This document shows positions 19,668-27,531 of a stretch of DNA of 64,000 nt, in pieces. Made by a program: the position numbers and the translations under genes. The notes under the pieces were generated by a model. It was not told the origin of the DNA, did no database searches, and was given only the letters and a program-made list of their open reading frames with translations. Source of the stretch: an uncultured Holophagales bacterium (GTDB lineage Bacteria > Acidobacteriota > Thermoanaerobaculia > Multivoradales > UBA5704); contig CAWJGT010000003.1 of assembly GCA_963842525.1 (NCBI GenBank), positions 160,001 to 224,000 on the forward strand, given 5' to 3'. How positions within the stretch are numbered: position 1 is the stretch's first letter; each line of letters starts with the position of its first letter.

Positions 19668-20879
19668 ATGATGGCACGAGCGTTGGCCGCCACCCTGCAG
19701 ATCACCTTCCTGGCTCTCCTCGCCGGGCCGGCTGGCGCTGCGCCGCCTCCGGTGCCACGAGGCGCCGAGATCCGTGTCAACACCGACACGCAGGTCTCTC
19801 ACTTCAACCCCTCCGTCGCCGTCTTCCCGGACAGCCGCTTCGTGGTCGTCTGGTCGGCGACCTCCGGAGCGCGGGCGCGGTTTTTCGACAGCCAGGGAAG
19901 ACCGACGAGCGGCGAGCGCCGCCTCGCGGTCAGCGGGATCGTCGATCAGGTCGTCGCGGACCGTGACGGCAGCTTCCTCGTGGTCTGGAGTGGGGGCACG
20001 GGCCCCGCGCTTGGCGTCTACGTACGCCGCTTCAACCGAGACGGCATGCCGCGGGGCAAGGCGATCCGCGCCAACGCGCCCAGCACATCCAGCCGGTTTG
20101 ACGCCGTGGCCGCCATCGGACCGGATGGCCGCTTCGCAGTCGCCTGGAAAGCGCAGGTCGACGTGTCCGAGGAGAGCGGCTATACCAACGCCGTGGCGCG
20201 GATCTTCACCGCCAAGGGGACCCCCGTCACGCCGGAGATCCTCCTTCTCGAAGGCGATGCCGCCGGCGCTGCCGGAGACGACGCCATCGACGCCTATCCG
20301 ACCAGCCTGGCCCTGACACCCGACGGCACCCTGGCGGCGCTGGTCCAGTCCTTTGAGTCGAGCGGCTGTCTCAATAGCTACCTGATACGGGTGCCTTCGG
20401 CGGGTGGGTCCCTCAGCTCGCAAGCTCTGGGCTCGATCCTCTGCGCGCCGGACTATTTCGGCTCGTCTCTGGCCATGGGACTGGATGGCAGCCTGGTCGC
20501 CACCTGGAGCGACTTCTCGATTCGGGCCCAGCGATTCTCTCCGGACGGAACCCCCCGGGGCCAGTACTTTGGGGTCAGCACCGGGCAAGATGGTCAGACC
20601 GACGCGGCGGTCGCTCTGCAGGCCGGCGGGAGCTTCGTCGTCGCCTGGGCCGAGCCGTTCGGGCGGGACGGGGACGGCAGCGGCATCTTCGGCCGCGCCT
20701 TTGCTCCCAATGGAGCACCGCGCACGCAGGACTTCCGGATCAACGTCACGACGGCCGGCAACCAGCACGATCCGGCGATCGCCGCGGCCCGTCAAGGTCC
20801 TGTCCTGGTCGTCTGGACCCAACTGACTCCGGATGGCCGGAGCGACGTCTTCGCGCGCGTGCTCTCGGCGAAGCCATAG
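19668..20879 (+). CDS. Secreted beta-repeat (propeller-like) protein
   Basis: Signal peptide; repeated (E/D)xRVN-T...PxVA...GxFVVxW...ARxF units; TGCTAGAAT 6 nt before the ATG. Confidence 0.8.
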   Translation: MMARALAATLQITFLALLAGPAGAAPPPVPRGAEIRVNTDTQVSHFNPSVAVFPDSRFVVVWSATSGARARFFDSQGRPTSGERRLAVSGIVDQVVADRDGSFLVVWSGGTGPALGVYVRRFNRDGMPRGKAIRANAPSTSSRFDAVAAIGPDGRFAVAWKAQVDVSEESGYTNAVARIFTAKGTPVTPEILLLEGDAAGAAGDDAIDAYPTSLALTPDGTLAALVQSFESSGCLNSYLIRVPSAGGSLSSQALGSILCAPDYFGSSLAMGLDGSLVATWSDFSIRAQRFSPDGTPRGQYFGVSTGQDGQTDAAVALQAGGSFVVAWAEPFGRDGDGSGIFGRAFAPNGAPRTQDFRINVTTAGNQHDPAIAAARQGPVLVVWTQLTPDGRSDVFARVLSAKP

Positions 20880-20971
20880 CCGAGCGGCGCCGCACCCACC
20901 GCGCGGGCTCGCCGCGCAGCCTCACAGCATGCACGAAGGATCCGGCCAGCTATGCCGCGCAAGCCGATCCG

Positions 20972-21362
20972 CCGTGGATAACGATATCCGGCGCAGATAA
21001 GCTTATCCGAGCCAGTGTAAGCTTATCCGCCGATCAGATAAGCTTATCCGCCGTGGATAACACTATCCGGCGCGGATAAGCTTATCCACCGCGGATAACA
21101 CTATCTGGCGCAGATAAGCTTATCCGTGGCAGATAAGCTTATCCGGCGTGGATAACGGTATCCGGCGCAGATAAGCTTATCCGCCACGGATAACACTATC
21201 TGGCGTGGATAAGCTTATCTGGGCCAGTGTAAGCTTATCTGGCGCAGATAAGCTTATCTGCCGTGGATAACACTATCCGGCGCGAACTAAGCTTATCCGT
21301 GGCAGATACATTTATCCGACATGGATTACGGTATCCGGCGCGGATGGCGTGATCCGGGCCGG
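20972..21362. repeat. Tandem array of ~20 units with ~19-bp period: 12-bp palindromic core GATAAGCTTATC (variant GATAACACTATC) plus 7-bp GC-rich linkers
   Basis: Read directly, e.g. GATAAGCTTATC-CGGCGTG-GATAACGGTATC-CGGCGCA; the last units decay. Confidence 0.95.
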
Positions 21363-21407
21363 CTCAAGCAGATCTGTCGCAGATATCAGCATCCCACTCA
21401 TCTCGCC

Positions 21408-21520
21408 AGCCGGCGATTTAGCTCCTCTTTACAGCTACAGGAGTTTGACGCGAGAGGAGGCGTGGAAAGGGCCCGTGCACGCCGATCCCTGCGGCAGGGC
21501 GAGTGCAGCGAGGGTTAGGC
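21408..21520 (-). mobile_element. Degenerate integron attC-like site closing cassette 2
   Basis: Minus strand starts GCCTAAC-CCTCGCTGCAC (R''/L''); the right end is decayed (GGAGCTAAATCG). Confidence 0.5.
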
Positions 21521-21545
21521 GGCCAGTCACGAGCATAGGAGAAGG

Positions 21546-21902
21546 TCAGTCGATAGCTTCGAGGATGGCGTCCATCGGCAGACGGACAGCAGTAAGCAGC
21601 CAGGCGCAAAGTGCGAACGCACAAAGAATAGTCCCGCCAGACACCAGGACAGCGTAGAGAAGGGATGGTCGAGACCTTTTGAGGATGTCGATTGCAAGGA
21701 TGGCGAAGGGTGCCAACAGGAGCCACCACCACTTGTAGGTTGCGACGAAGAACCGGGTGAGCGTAGGGAGTGGCGCGGCGAGCCCGGTTAGAAGTTTGTC
21801 AAAGTCGGGGGCATACCAATATGTGAAACCGAGAACGAAGAGAAGAGACAGGAATGCGGCCGCGAGAAGGGCCGAGGCGACGATCCTGTGTGGCTGGCTC
21901 AT
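21546..21902 (-). CDS. Small three-TM membrane protein (cassette 2 ORF)
   Basis: MSQPHRIVASALLAAAFLSLLFVLGFTYW...LPTLTRFF...; the ORF-track start at 21944 is probably too far upstream. Confidence 0.65.
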   Translation of the reverse strand: MSQPHRIVASALLAAAFLSLLFVLGFTYWYAPDFDKLLTGLAAPLPTLTRFFVATYKWWWLLLAPFAILAIDILKRSRPSLLYAVLVSGGTILCAFALCAWLLTAVRLPMDAILEAID

Positions 21903-21959
21903 AGCAGTGCGCTCTCGGTCCGCAATAACGTCACGTGGGGGCACGATTGATCCCTGGCC

Positions 21960-22033
21960 GCCTTACGCGCAGATGGTGAGCGGCGGGAACCACGCTGTTT
22001 GCGGTTTCCGTCCGCTCGACCGTGGGGTTATGC
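21960..22033 (-). mobile_element. Integron attC-like recombination site closing the TIR cassette
   Basis: Minus strand GCATAAC-CCCAC-GGTCGAGCGG...central hairpin...CCGCTCACC-ATCTGCGC-GTAAGGC: R'', L''/L' with one unpaired base, R' with one mismatch. Confidence 0.72.
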
Positions 22034-22038
22034 GTCCC

Positions 22039-23034
22039 CTACTTGGTTGGCTCGTTCGGTTCTTCGGATTCATCGTCTACTGCACCCCTCAGCCGGCGCC
22101 CCTCGTACCTGTGCAGCAAGTGATCGAGCATCATTGGAAGCTCCATCATCATCATGTGCGCTTCTTTCGAGGAACCGCCGAACTCTTCCATAAAAGGGCC
22201 ACGGCTAACATATTTGACAACCCGCCGCAGGCGCTCGATCGCTCTCTGCGCTGCCTTGGGATCGCCGTCCTTGACATCACGATAAGCCTCCATGATGATC
22301 TCATAGAGCCAAGGATAGTCGTCTCGCAGAAGGCCACCGAACATGAGCAATGCAACAGGATCCTCTCCGTCTTCAGACATCATATGTGCCATTTCGTCGA
22401 ACATCATAGGATGAAACCTTCGACGGCGGCGTGATCGCGGAGCCTGTTCGGAAACTATACCCTCAAGATCGCGAAAACGCGAGTCGAGGCCCCGCACACT
22501 AGTAACAAGCTCTTCAAGGATCTCGTGATGAGGCCGCATATGTCTTTCAGTCGGGGCTTCCTTCGGAATGCCAGCCAACCGCTTTTCAAGCTCCGGCCAC
22601 AAAGCGGCGAATAACTGTTTAACGCGGTCGTCGGGAATCGCTTGGTCCGTGGCATGGTTTATCGACTGAACCACCTCGCCCAGTCCGCTCCTTTCGACTT
22701 TTTTGGCTTGAAACTGCGCAAGTGGTCCCGTAATGTCACTGAACTCAAGATTGAAGAGAAGAGGAATGACCTTGGCACCCTGCATCGACTTCGCAAGGGC
22801 TCCGGCCTCAAACAACACCCAAGGCGAACCGACGTTCTCCGGAGTCACACATATTACTCCAAAGTTCGATGCTTCCAACTCTTTTGCCACAGCTTGTGCC
22901 CAGCGGTCTCCGGCAGACACATCCGCCTCAGAGAGCCAAGGCTCCACATAATGGAGTACGAGCGGGAACCACTCCCGTAATGCCTGCGCGAGCGCTTGGC
23001 TACGCTCTCCGCTCCAACTAATGAATAGCTTCAT
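22039..23034 (-). CDS. TIR-domain protein (TIR_2-like N-terminus plus helical C-terminus); integron cassette cargo
   Basis: MKLFISWSG...AGDRW...SPWVLFEAGAL with the conserved Glu; visibly more AT-rich than its flanks. Confidence 0.9.
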   Translation of the reverse strand: MKLFISWSGERSQALAQALREWFPLVLHYVEPWLSEADVSAGDRWAQAVAKELEASNFGVICVTPENVGSPWVLFEAGALAKSMQGAKVIPLLFNLEFSDITGPLAQFQAKKVERSGLGEVVQSINHATDQAIPDDRVKQLFAALWPELEKRLAGIPKEAPTERHMRPHHEILEELVTSVRGLDSRFRDLEGIVSEQAPRSRRRRRFHPMMFDEMAHMMSEDGEDPVALLMFGGLLRDDYPWLYEIIMEAYRDVKDGDPKAAQRAIERLRRVVKYVSRGPFMEEFGGSSKEAHMMMMELPMMLDHLLHRYEGRRLRGAVDDESEEPNEPTK

Positions 23035-23067
23035 GTAGGTTCCTCGCTTAACCGCATCGGTTCACGC

Positions 23068-23152
23068 CGCATAATAAGCGTCTATCCGGGGTCCTCCCAC
23101 AACACAGCTCCGGAGTCCACCACCTTCTCAGGGGAGGACCGCGGATAGACGC
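23068..23152. repeat. Long imperfect inverted repeat abutting the start of the TIR cassette
   Basis: GCGTCTATCCGGGGTCCTCCC...GGGAGGACCGCGGATAGACGC, preceded by GCATAAT. Confidence 0.7.
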
Positions 23153-23727
23153 ACGAGGAGCGACAGCCTTCAGGGCTTCTACGCGCCGCATAAGAGTCCC
23201 TGGCTCGTCGCGTCCTTGCCCGTAACTTGTTCTCGCGCCTCAACTTGAAGAAGGATACGCCTCCGCCTTGAGAGAGTCAACGCGACTGGTGAAGGGCGAT
23301 AAGGCACCCGGAGGGGGCTTCTCCGTCTCCGGAAGACGGATACGATGCTCTGCCCTTGCTCAAAGGGTAGACCTATCTCTATGGCTCTCCGGGAGATCGT
23401 GCCACCCAGACGGACGCCCGCCGGCGTCTTCTGCGTATTGACTACAGGAAACGTCTCGTTGACTCGGGTCCGTGAGACCTCGAGTGCGGTGCGCGGCAGG
23501 CTCAGCGAAGCTGCGATGCCGCTGAGCCCGGTGCCGTACGCTCTCGGCGGAGACAGTGCTCCGCCGTGAACGGACGGCGTGGCCGATAGTGCGCTGAGGA
23601 GAGGTTCGAGCGCGGTCCGCGCGCGACCGAGCGCAGTTGGCACGTCCCGGCGCGATCTACGGCCGCACCTATTCTCAGCTGCAGCCGCACCGAGATCGAC
23701 TGGTCGAGCCGCGTGGAAAACCGCAAC

Positions 23728-24414
23728 TTAGTCGGCGGTCTCGAACGAGCCCTCGAAGATCGTCTGGTTGCCGTTCTTCTCGATGGTCAAGACCTCGAAG
23801 CCGTACTCCCTGCCGGGGCGGAGGATCTCGGGCGGCACGCGCAGGTGAGTCAGCCAGGCCGGGACCTTGATCGACATCTCGGCGATGCCATCCCCCGAGA
23901 CGATCACTTCGTAGCCAGCGATCTCGACCCCCGCCGGGCTGGTCACCGGCTCCCAGTTGATCACCGTGTTCGTGCGGTCCTGCGGCACGCCCTCCTGCGG
24001 CGTGAGGATGTTGGGTGCACCCGGGATGCGGTGGCTGAATCGGGCCTTGGCCCGGACCCTCTCGCCGTCCTCCGACCTGCCCTCGAAGGTGTAGAGACCC
24101 TCCGGGAAGAGCGCGAAGAGCTCTGCGAGCGGCAACTCGTCGAGCGATGGCTCCTCGCCCTCCACGAAGAGCTCGCTCAGGCCGATCTCGCCGAGGGCGT
24201 TGACGCCGGCGACGTTGAAGATGACCCGGCCCTGGGGATCGGTGATGCGGATCGACTCCCACTCGCCGTCGAGGAAGATGTGGACTCCTACGTCCTGGTC
24301 GGTGTCGTTGAACTCGATGAAGATCTTGGCTTCCTCCAGGGTCGCCGCGGCCAAGGGTGTGGCGAGGAGGGCGAACGAAGCGATGAATAGGAATCCTCGT
24401 GCTGCTTTCTTCAT
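23728..24414 (-). CDS. Secreted protein with a C-terminal FN3-like beta domain
   Basis: Signal peptide MKKAARGFLFIASFALLATPLAA; AAGGAGG RBS; INWEPVT...GYEVIV...PGREYGFEV. Confidence 0.8.
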   Translation of the reverse strand: MKKAARGFLFIASFALLATPLAAATLEEAKIFIEFNDTDQDVGVHIFLDGEWESIRITDPQGRVIFNVAGVNALGEIGLSELFVEGEEPSLDELPLAELFALFPEGLYTFEGRSEDGERVRAKARFSHRIPGAPNILTPQEGVPQDRTNTVINWEPVTSPAGVEIAGYEVIVSGDGIAEMSIKVPAWLTHLRVPPEILRPGREYGFEVLTIEKNGNQTIFEGSFETAD

Positions 24415-24510
24415 GGCGTAGGCCTCCTTTTGCGGTCACTGGGCGCCGATCTTCGACACCCACCTCCTTGGATGCGCCAGCAGGCAGAATCCTTCGCCTT
24501 CAGCAGGTTT

Positions 24511-24614
24511 GAGGCACTGTAAGTAGCAGGGCGGTCCCTCCGCTCCGTGGTGGGGCGGGGGAGAGAGCCGCCTCGAAGGCGGTGCCTCATGATGGCACCG
24601 CTGGATGTCGTGCC
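24511..24614. repeat. ~105-bp element, copy 1
   Basis: GAGGCACTGTAAG...GCCGCCTCGAAG..GGTGCCTCATGATG.CACCGCTGGATG; near-identical to 25283-25385. Confidence 0.85.
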
Positions 24615-24904
24615 ACAAGAAACTCCAGGCACCTATTCTCAGGCACCTATTCTCCCGGTAAACAGATACACCCCCAGGCACCCCTTGGGGGAGCACCATT
24701 ACGACCGTCCTGCATAACTTGCCCAGGTGGGGAGTGGCTCAGTGGGGCAGGAGCGGCCATAGGGACGAGTTGTCCTGATGAGGCTGAAGGCTCCTGCCAG
24801 AGCATCTCAGAATGGAACCGTCGGACACGAAGCGGAGGACGACTCGGCCAGCGCTGGCCGTCCCGACTTGATGAAGAGCATGTTCTTCGTGGAGGGCTGC
24901 TGGC

Positions 24905-25228
24905 TCAGGCGGCGCGGGACTCGAACAGGATCTCCTCGTCTGCCGGGCTGACGAAGCTATACCCTCCGAGCTCGGCGATCTGATCCTCGGTCAAGCCGGT
25001 CAGGAGCATGACGATGTGAGCCCACATCGGTCCGTGCCTCTCGTCAAGAGGCCCGCTCGTGTCGAAGGCCACGAAGACACTGGAGGCCGGTAGTTGTGCA
25101 GATTCCCTAGCCGTCAGCATCGCTCGAGTCTGCGGGCTGAGTTGGAACGTGGCCCCGTTCATCTGCTTCCCGACGTCAACGACGATTTGCGACGTGACGA
25201 ACCTCCGGACGGTGTCCTGACGCAACAA
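24905..25228 (-). CDS. Small hypothetical protein between the two 105-bp repeats; start uncertain
   Basis: Globular-looking 107-aa ORF; a GGAGG precedes an internal ACG, possibly a mutated ATG. Confidence 0.5.
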   Translation of the reverse strand: MLRQDTVRRFVTSQIVVDVGKQMNGATFQLSPQTRAMLTARESAQLPASSVFVAFDTSGPLDERHGPMWAHIVMLLTGLTEDQIAELGGYSFVSPADEEILFESRAA

Positions 25229-25282
25229 GTCTAGTACAGCGGCCTTGCGCGCGGCTAGGTCCGGTATTATGTGGGACTGATC

Positions 25283-25385
25283 GAGGCACTGTAAGAGGCA
25301 GGAGGCGGTCCCTTCGCTCCGTGGGGCGGGGGAGAGGGCCGCCTCGAAGAAGGTGCCTCATGATGCGCACCGCTGGATGCCGTGC
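25283..25385. repeat. ~105-bp element, copy 2
   Basis: Direct repeat of 24511-24614. Confidence 0.85.
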
Positions 25386-25452
25386 TGCCCTCCTGTCCGT
25401 CGCTCTCGCTCTGCTGGTCATCCCCACCCTCCTGCCGTAGCTCCGATCGTGC

Positions 25453-25487
25453 TTGCATTTTGCAGTCAACGGTGTCAGGATGCTGGC
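25453..25487 (+). promoter_or_regulatory. Probable leaderless promoter/operator of the TA operon
   Basis: TTGCAT-17 bp-CAGGAT-6 bp-ATG; TGCATTTTGCA near-palindrome overlaps the -35. Confidence 0.45.
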
Positions 25488-25724
25488 ATGAGTGTACAGA
25501 TCACCATCCGTGACGTGCCGGACGCGGTGAGGGATGAGCTCGCCTCGCGGGCAGCTCTACAAGGCAAGTCGATGCAGGAATACCTGCGTGTCGAGTTGGA
25601 ACGCCTGGCCGCACGCCCTCCGGTCGAGAAGGTGCTCGAGCGGATCCGGGAGCGCAAGGCGACGGCAGGAGTCAGGCTCTCTCCGGAAGAGATCCTGGGC
25701 CACCGTGACGCGGACCGCCGGTGA
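25488..25724 (+). CDS. FitA/VapB-like ribbon-helix-helix antitoxin
   Basis: MSVQITIRDVPDAVRDELASRAALQGKSMQEYLR; GTGA overlap with the PIN gene. Confidence 0.88.
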   Translation: MSVQITIRDVPDAVRDELASRAALQGKSMQEYLRVELERLAARPPVEKVLERIRERKATAGVRLSPEEILGHRDADRR

Positions 25725-26116
25725 GCCCAGTCGTCGACGCGTCGCTCCTGGTCGCCGCCACGTCGGATCCGGGCGCAGAAGGAAGATGGGCCGAGGACGT
25801 GGTGCGTGCCGGTAACCTGGTCGCGCCCCATCTGGCTCTCGTCGAAGCTACGAATATCCTCCGACGGTTCGAGCTAGAGGGCCGGCTTGGCCGGATGGAA
25901 GCCGGTGCCGCTGCCCGTGATCTTCTTCTGTTCGACCTCGAGTTGATGCCCTTTACCCCATTCGCGGAGCGGGTCTGGGAATTGCGGGCCAACGTAACGA
26001 GCTACGACGCCTGGTACGTTGCGGTGGCCGAACAATGCGATCTCCCCCTGGCGACGCTCGACCGCCGTCTCGCCAAAGCCACCGGCCCTCGCTGCCGCTT
26101 CCTGCTGCCGCCCTAG
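25721..26116 (+). CDS. vapC: PIN-domain VapC-like toxin
   Basis: VVDAS, EATNILRR, TSYDAWYVAVAE, LATLDRRL. Confidence 0.9.
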   Translation: MSPVVDASLLVAATSDPGAEGRWAEDVVRAGNLVAPHLALVEATNILRRFELEGRLGRMEAGAAARDLLLFDLELMPFTPFAERVWELRANVTSYDAWYVAVAEQCDLPLATLDRRLAKATGPRCRFLLPP

Positions 26117-26607
26117 CCGATATCCAGGACATACTTCCCGAGATCCCCGATGCGTTGCAACGTCTCGGGACGAATGCGCGAGGCCTGGTTGATCGCCGCT
26201 CGAGCCTCCCGTGGGATCAAGGCGCCCTGGATCGAACGCCGGGGCTGGGCTGACCGGTTGGCGCTATAGCCATGCCATACCGACCCATTGAAGATGATGA
26301 TTGATCCGGCTGGGCCACACGCGATGACCTGCCCCTCGTAGACATCGGTCGCATCCTTCATCGACTCGGCAGGCTCGTGGGACAGCAAATGCGAGCCAGG
26401 CACGAAACGCGTGGCGCCGTTCTCCTTGTGAAACTCGTCAACCATGAGGATGAAACCGACCAGCGGCCACCCATCGGCTTGATGCTTGACGTCCACGTGA
26501 AGCGCCTGTGCCGGCGCGCCCGGTTGCAGCGTCCTGGCGTGCATCGTGCTGAGCTTGAAAGGTCGACCAATGATCCGGCAACATGCAGCCAGCAGGCGAC
26601 CGTACAT
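26113..26607 (-). pseudogene. 5'-truncated PhyH (phytanoyl-CoA dioxygenase-like) gene
   Basis: QALHVD, ENGATRFVPGSH, GSIIIFNGSVWHG, NRSAQPRR; N-terminal third missing. Confidence 0.7.
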
Positions 26608-26708
26608 GTGTGGTTCTCGCAGTCTTCACGAAGTGCACTCAAAAACTGATTGAACGATTTTTCGTCAGTGACCTTTTCGAGCAGCTCTCGCAGTTGGTCG
26701 GCCGGCAT
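26600..26708 (-). pseudogene. N-terminal fragment of an unrelated small protein joined out of frame to the PhyH remnant
   Basis: GGAGGAG RBS then MPADQLRELLEKVTDEKSFNQFLSALREDCENH; the reading then becomes incoherent. Confidence 0.45.
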
Positions 26709-26819
26709 CGGGCTCCTCCCCGGGGATTCCGTTTCCGCAACAATACCGCAGATGGCCCTGAAGAAGGCCGGCGCGGTCACCGCGTGCCGTTGCGATGACC
26801 GCGCTACGGGTGCCGCTCA

Positions 26820-26890
26820 GCTCCAGGCCGAGCCCGCCACCTGCTGGTGCTGACGTTGAGGCGGTTCCAGACGTTGATGGTGGCAATCAG
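26820..26890 (-). pseudogene. C-terminal remnant of an AhpD/carboxymuconolactone decarboxylase-like gene
   Basis: LIATINVWNRLNVST matches the family's IxxxNxWNR C-terminal motif. Confidence 0.5.
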
Positions 26891-27297
26891 AGGCGGAATC
26901 GATAGACGACCGTACCGGAGTCCGACACGTCCATCTCGCTGAAGCTGCGGAGGTGGAGCCGCTGGAGTATTTCCTCGGCTTGCTCCAAGCTCATACCACA
27001 ATCGGCGGCCACGTCCACGGCGGTAACGATCCCCTGCCGCTCTCTTGCCACCCTCAGCACGGCGGCTTCCTTCGCCTCTCCTTTGCGTCTGGCAGCAGCT
27101 CTTCGGACGCGCCAGAAGAGGAACAAGCCGCCAGCCAAGGGGAAGACCCCGAACAAGAACGAGAGCAGCAGGTTGGTGGATGGGGAATACTCCGAAGTTC
27201 CCTCGAGGGTTCCGATGAGGATTCCTGCAAGGATCACGACGCCGAAAAGGCCGATGAGCAGGGCACCGGCAAGCAGCAGCCTCTCGCCGAATCTCAT
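26887..27297 (-). CDS. Two-TM membrane protein with a C-terminal winged-helix-like domain
   Basis: GGGAG RBS plus ATG; two hydrophobic segments; IVTAVDVAADCGMSLEQAEEILQRL...SGTVVYRF. Confidence 0.75.
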   Translation of the reverse strand: MRFGERLLLAGALLIGLFGVVILAGILIGTLEGTSEYSPSTNLLLSFLFGVFPLAGGLFLFWRVRRAAARRKGEAKEAAVLRVARERQGIVTAVDVAADCGMSLEQAEEILQRLHLRSFSEMDVSDSGTVVYRFRL

Positions 27298-27531
27298 AAG
27301 TCTCCCTTGGACCGTCCGGTCCTTTGGTCCTGCGCGGATTGTATCCGGCACCAGGCACTTCCGGGTAGAAGGTGCACCCAAGAATCCCCATGCACCTCTT
27401 CTGCCGCAGCGCGGCCATCCCGTCTCGCGCACCAGCGTGCGCAGGTAGGCCAAGGCGGCACCGAAAAGGGCTTAGACTACTAGACGCCCCGGCCGTGCGC
27501 CGCGCGGGCGGACACCGATGGAGCAAGACCT

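Noticed and set aside
20972-21362. CRISPR array
   Set aside because: The constant part is only 12 bp, the variable parts are 7 bp and similar to each other, and there are no cas genes in the window
20972-21362. Chromosomal oriC
   Set aside because: No perfect TTATCCACA box, no AT-rich unwinding element and no dnaA/dnaN/gidA context; kept only as a DnaA-like resemblance
23060-23090. XerCD dif site
   Set aside because: GCCGCATAAT resembles the XerC arm, but no TTATGTTAAAT-like XerD arm follows
23179-23643. 154-aa minus-strand ORF
   Set aside because: No RBS or recognisable motif; probably decayed accessory DNA
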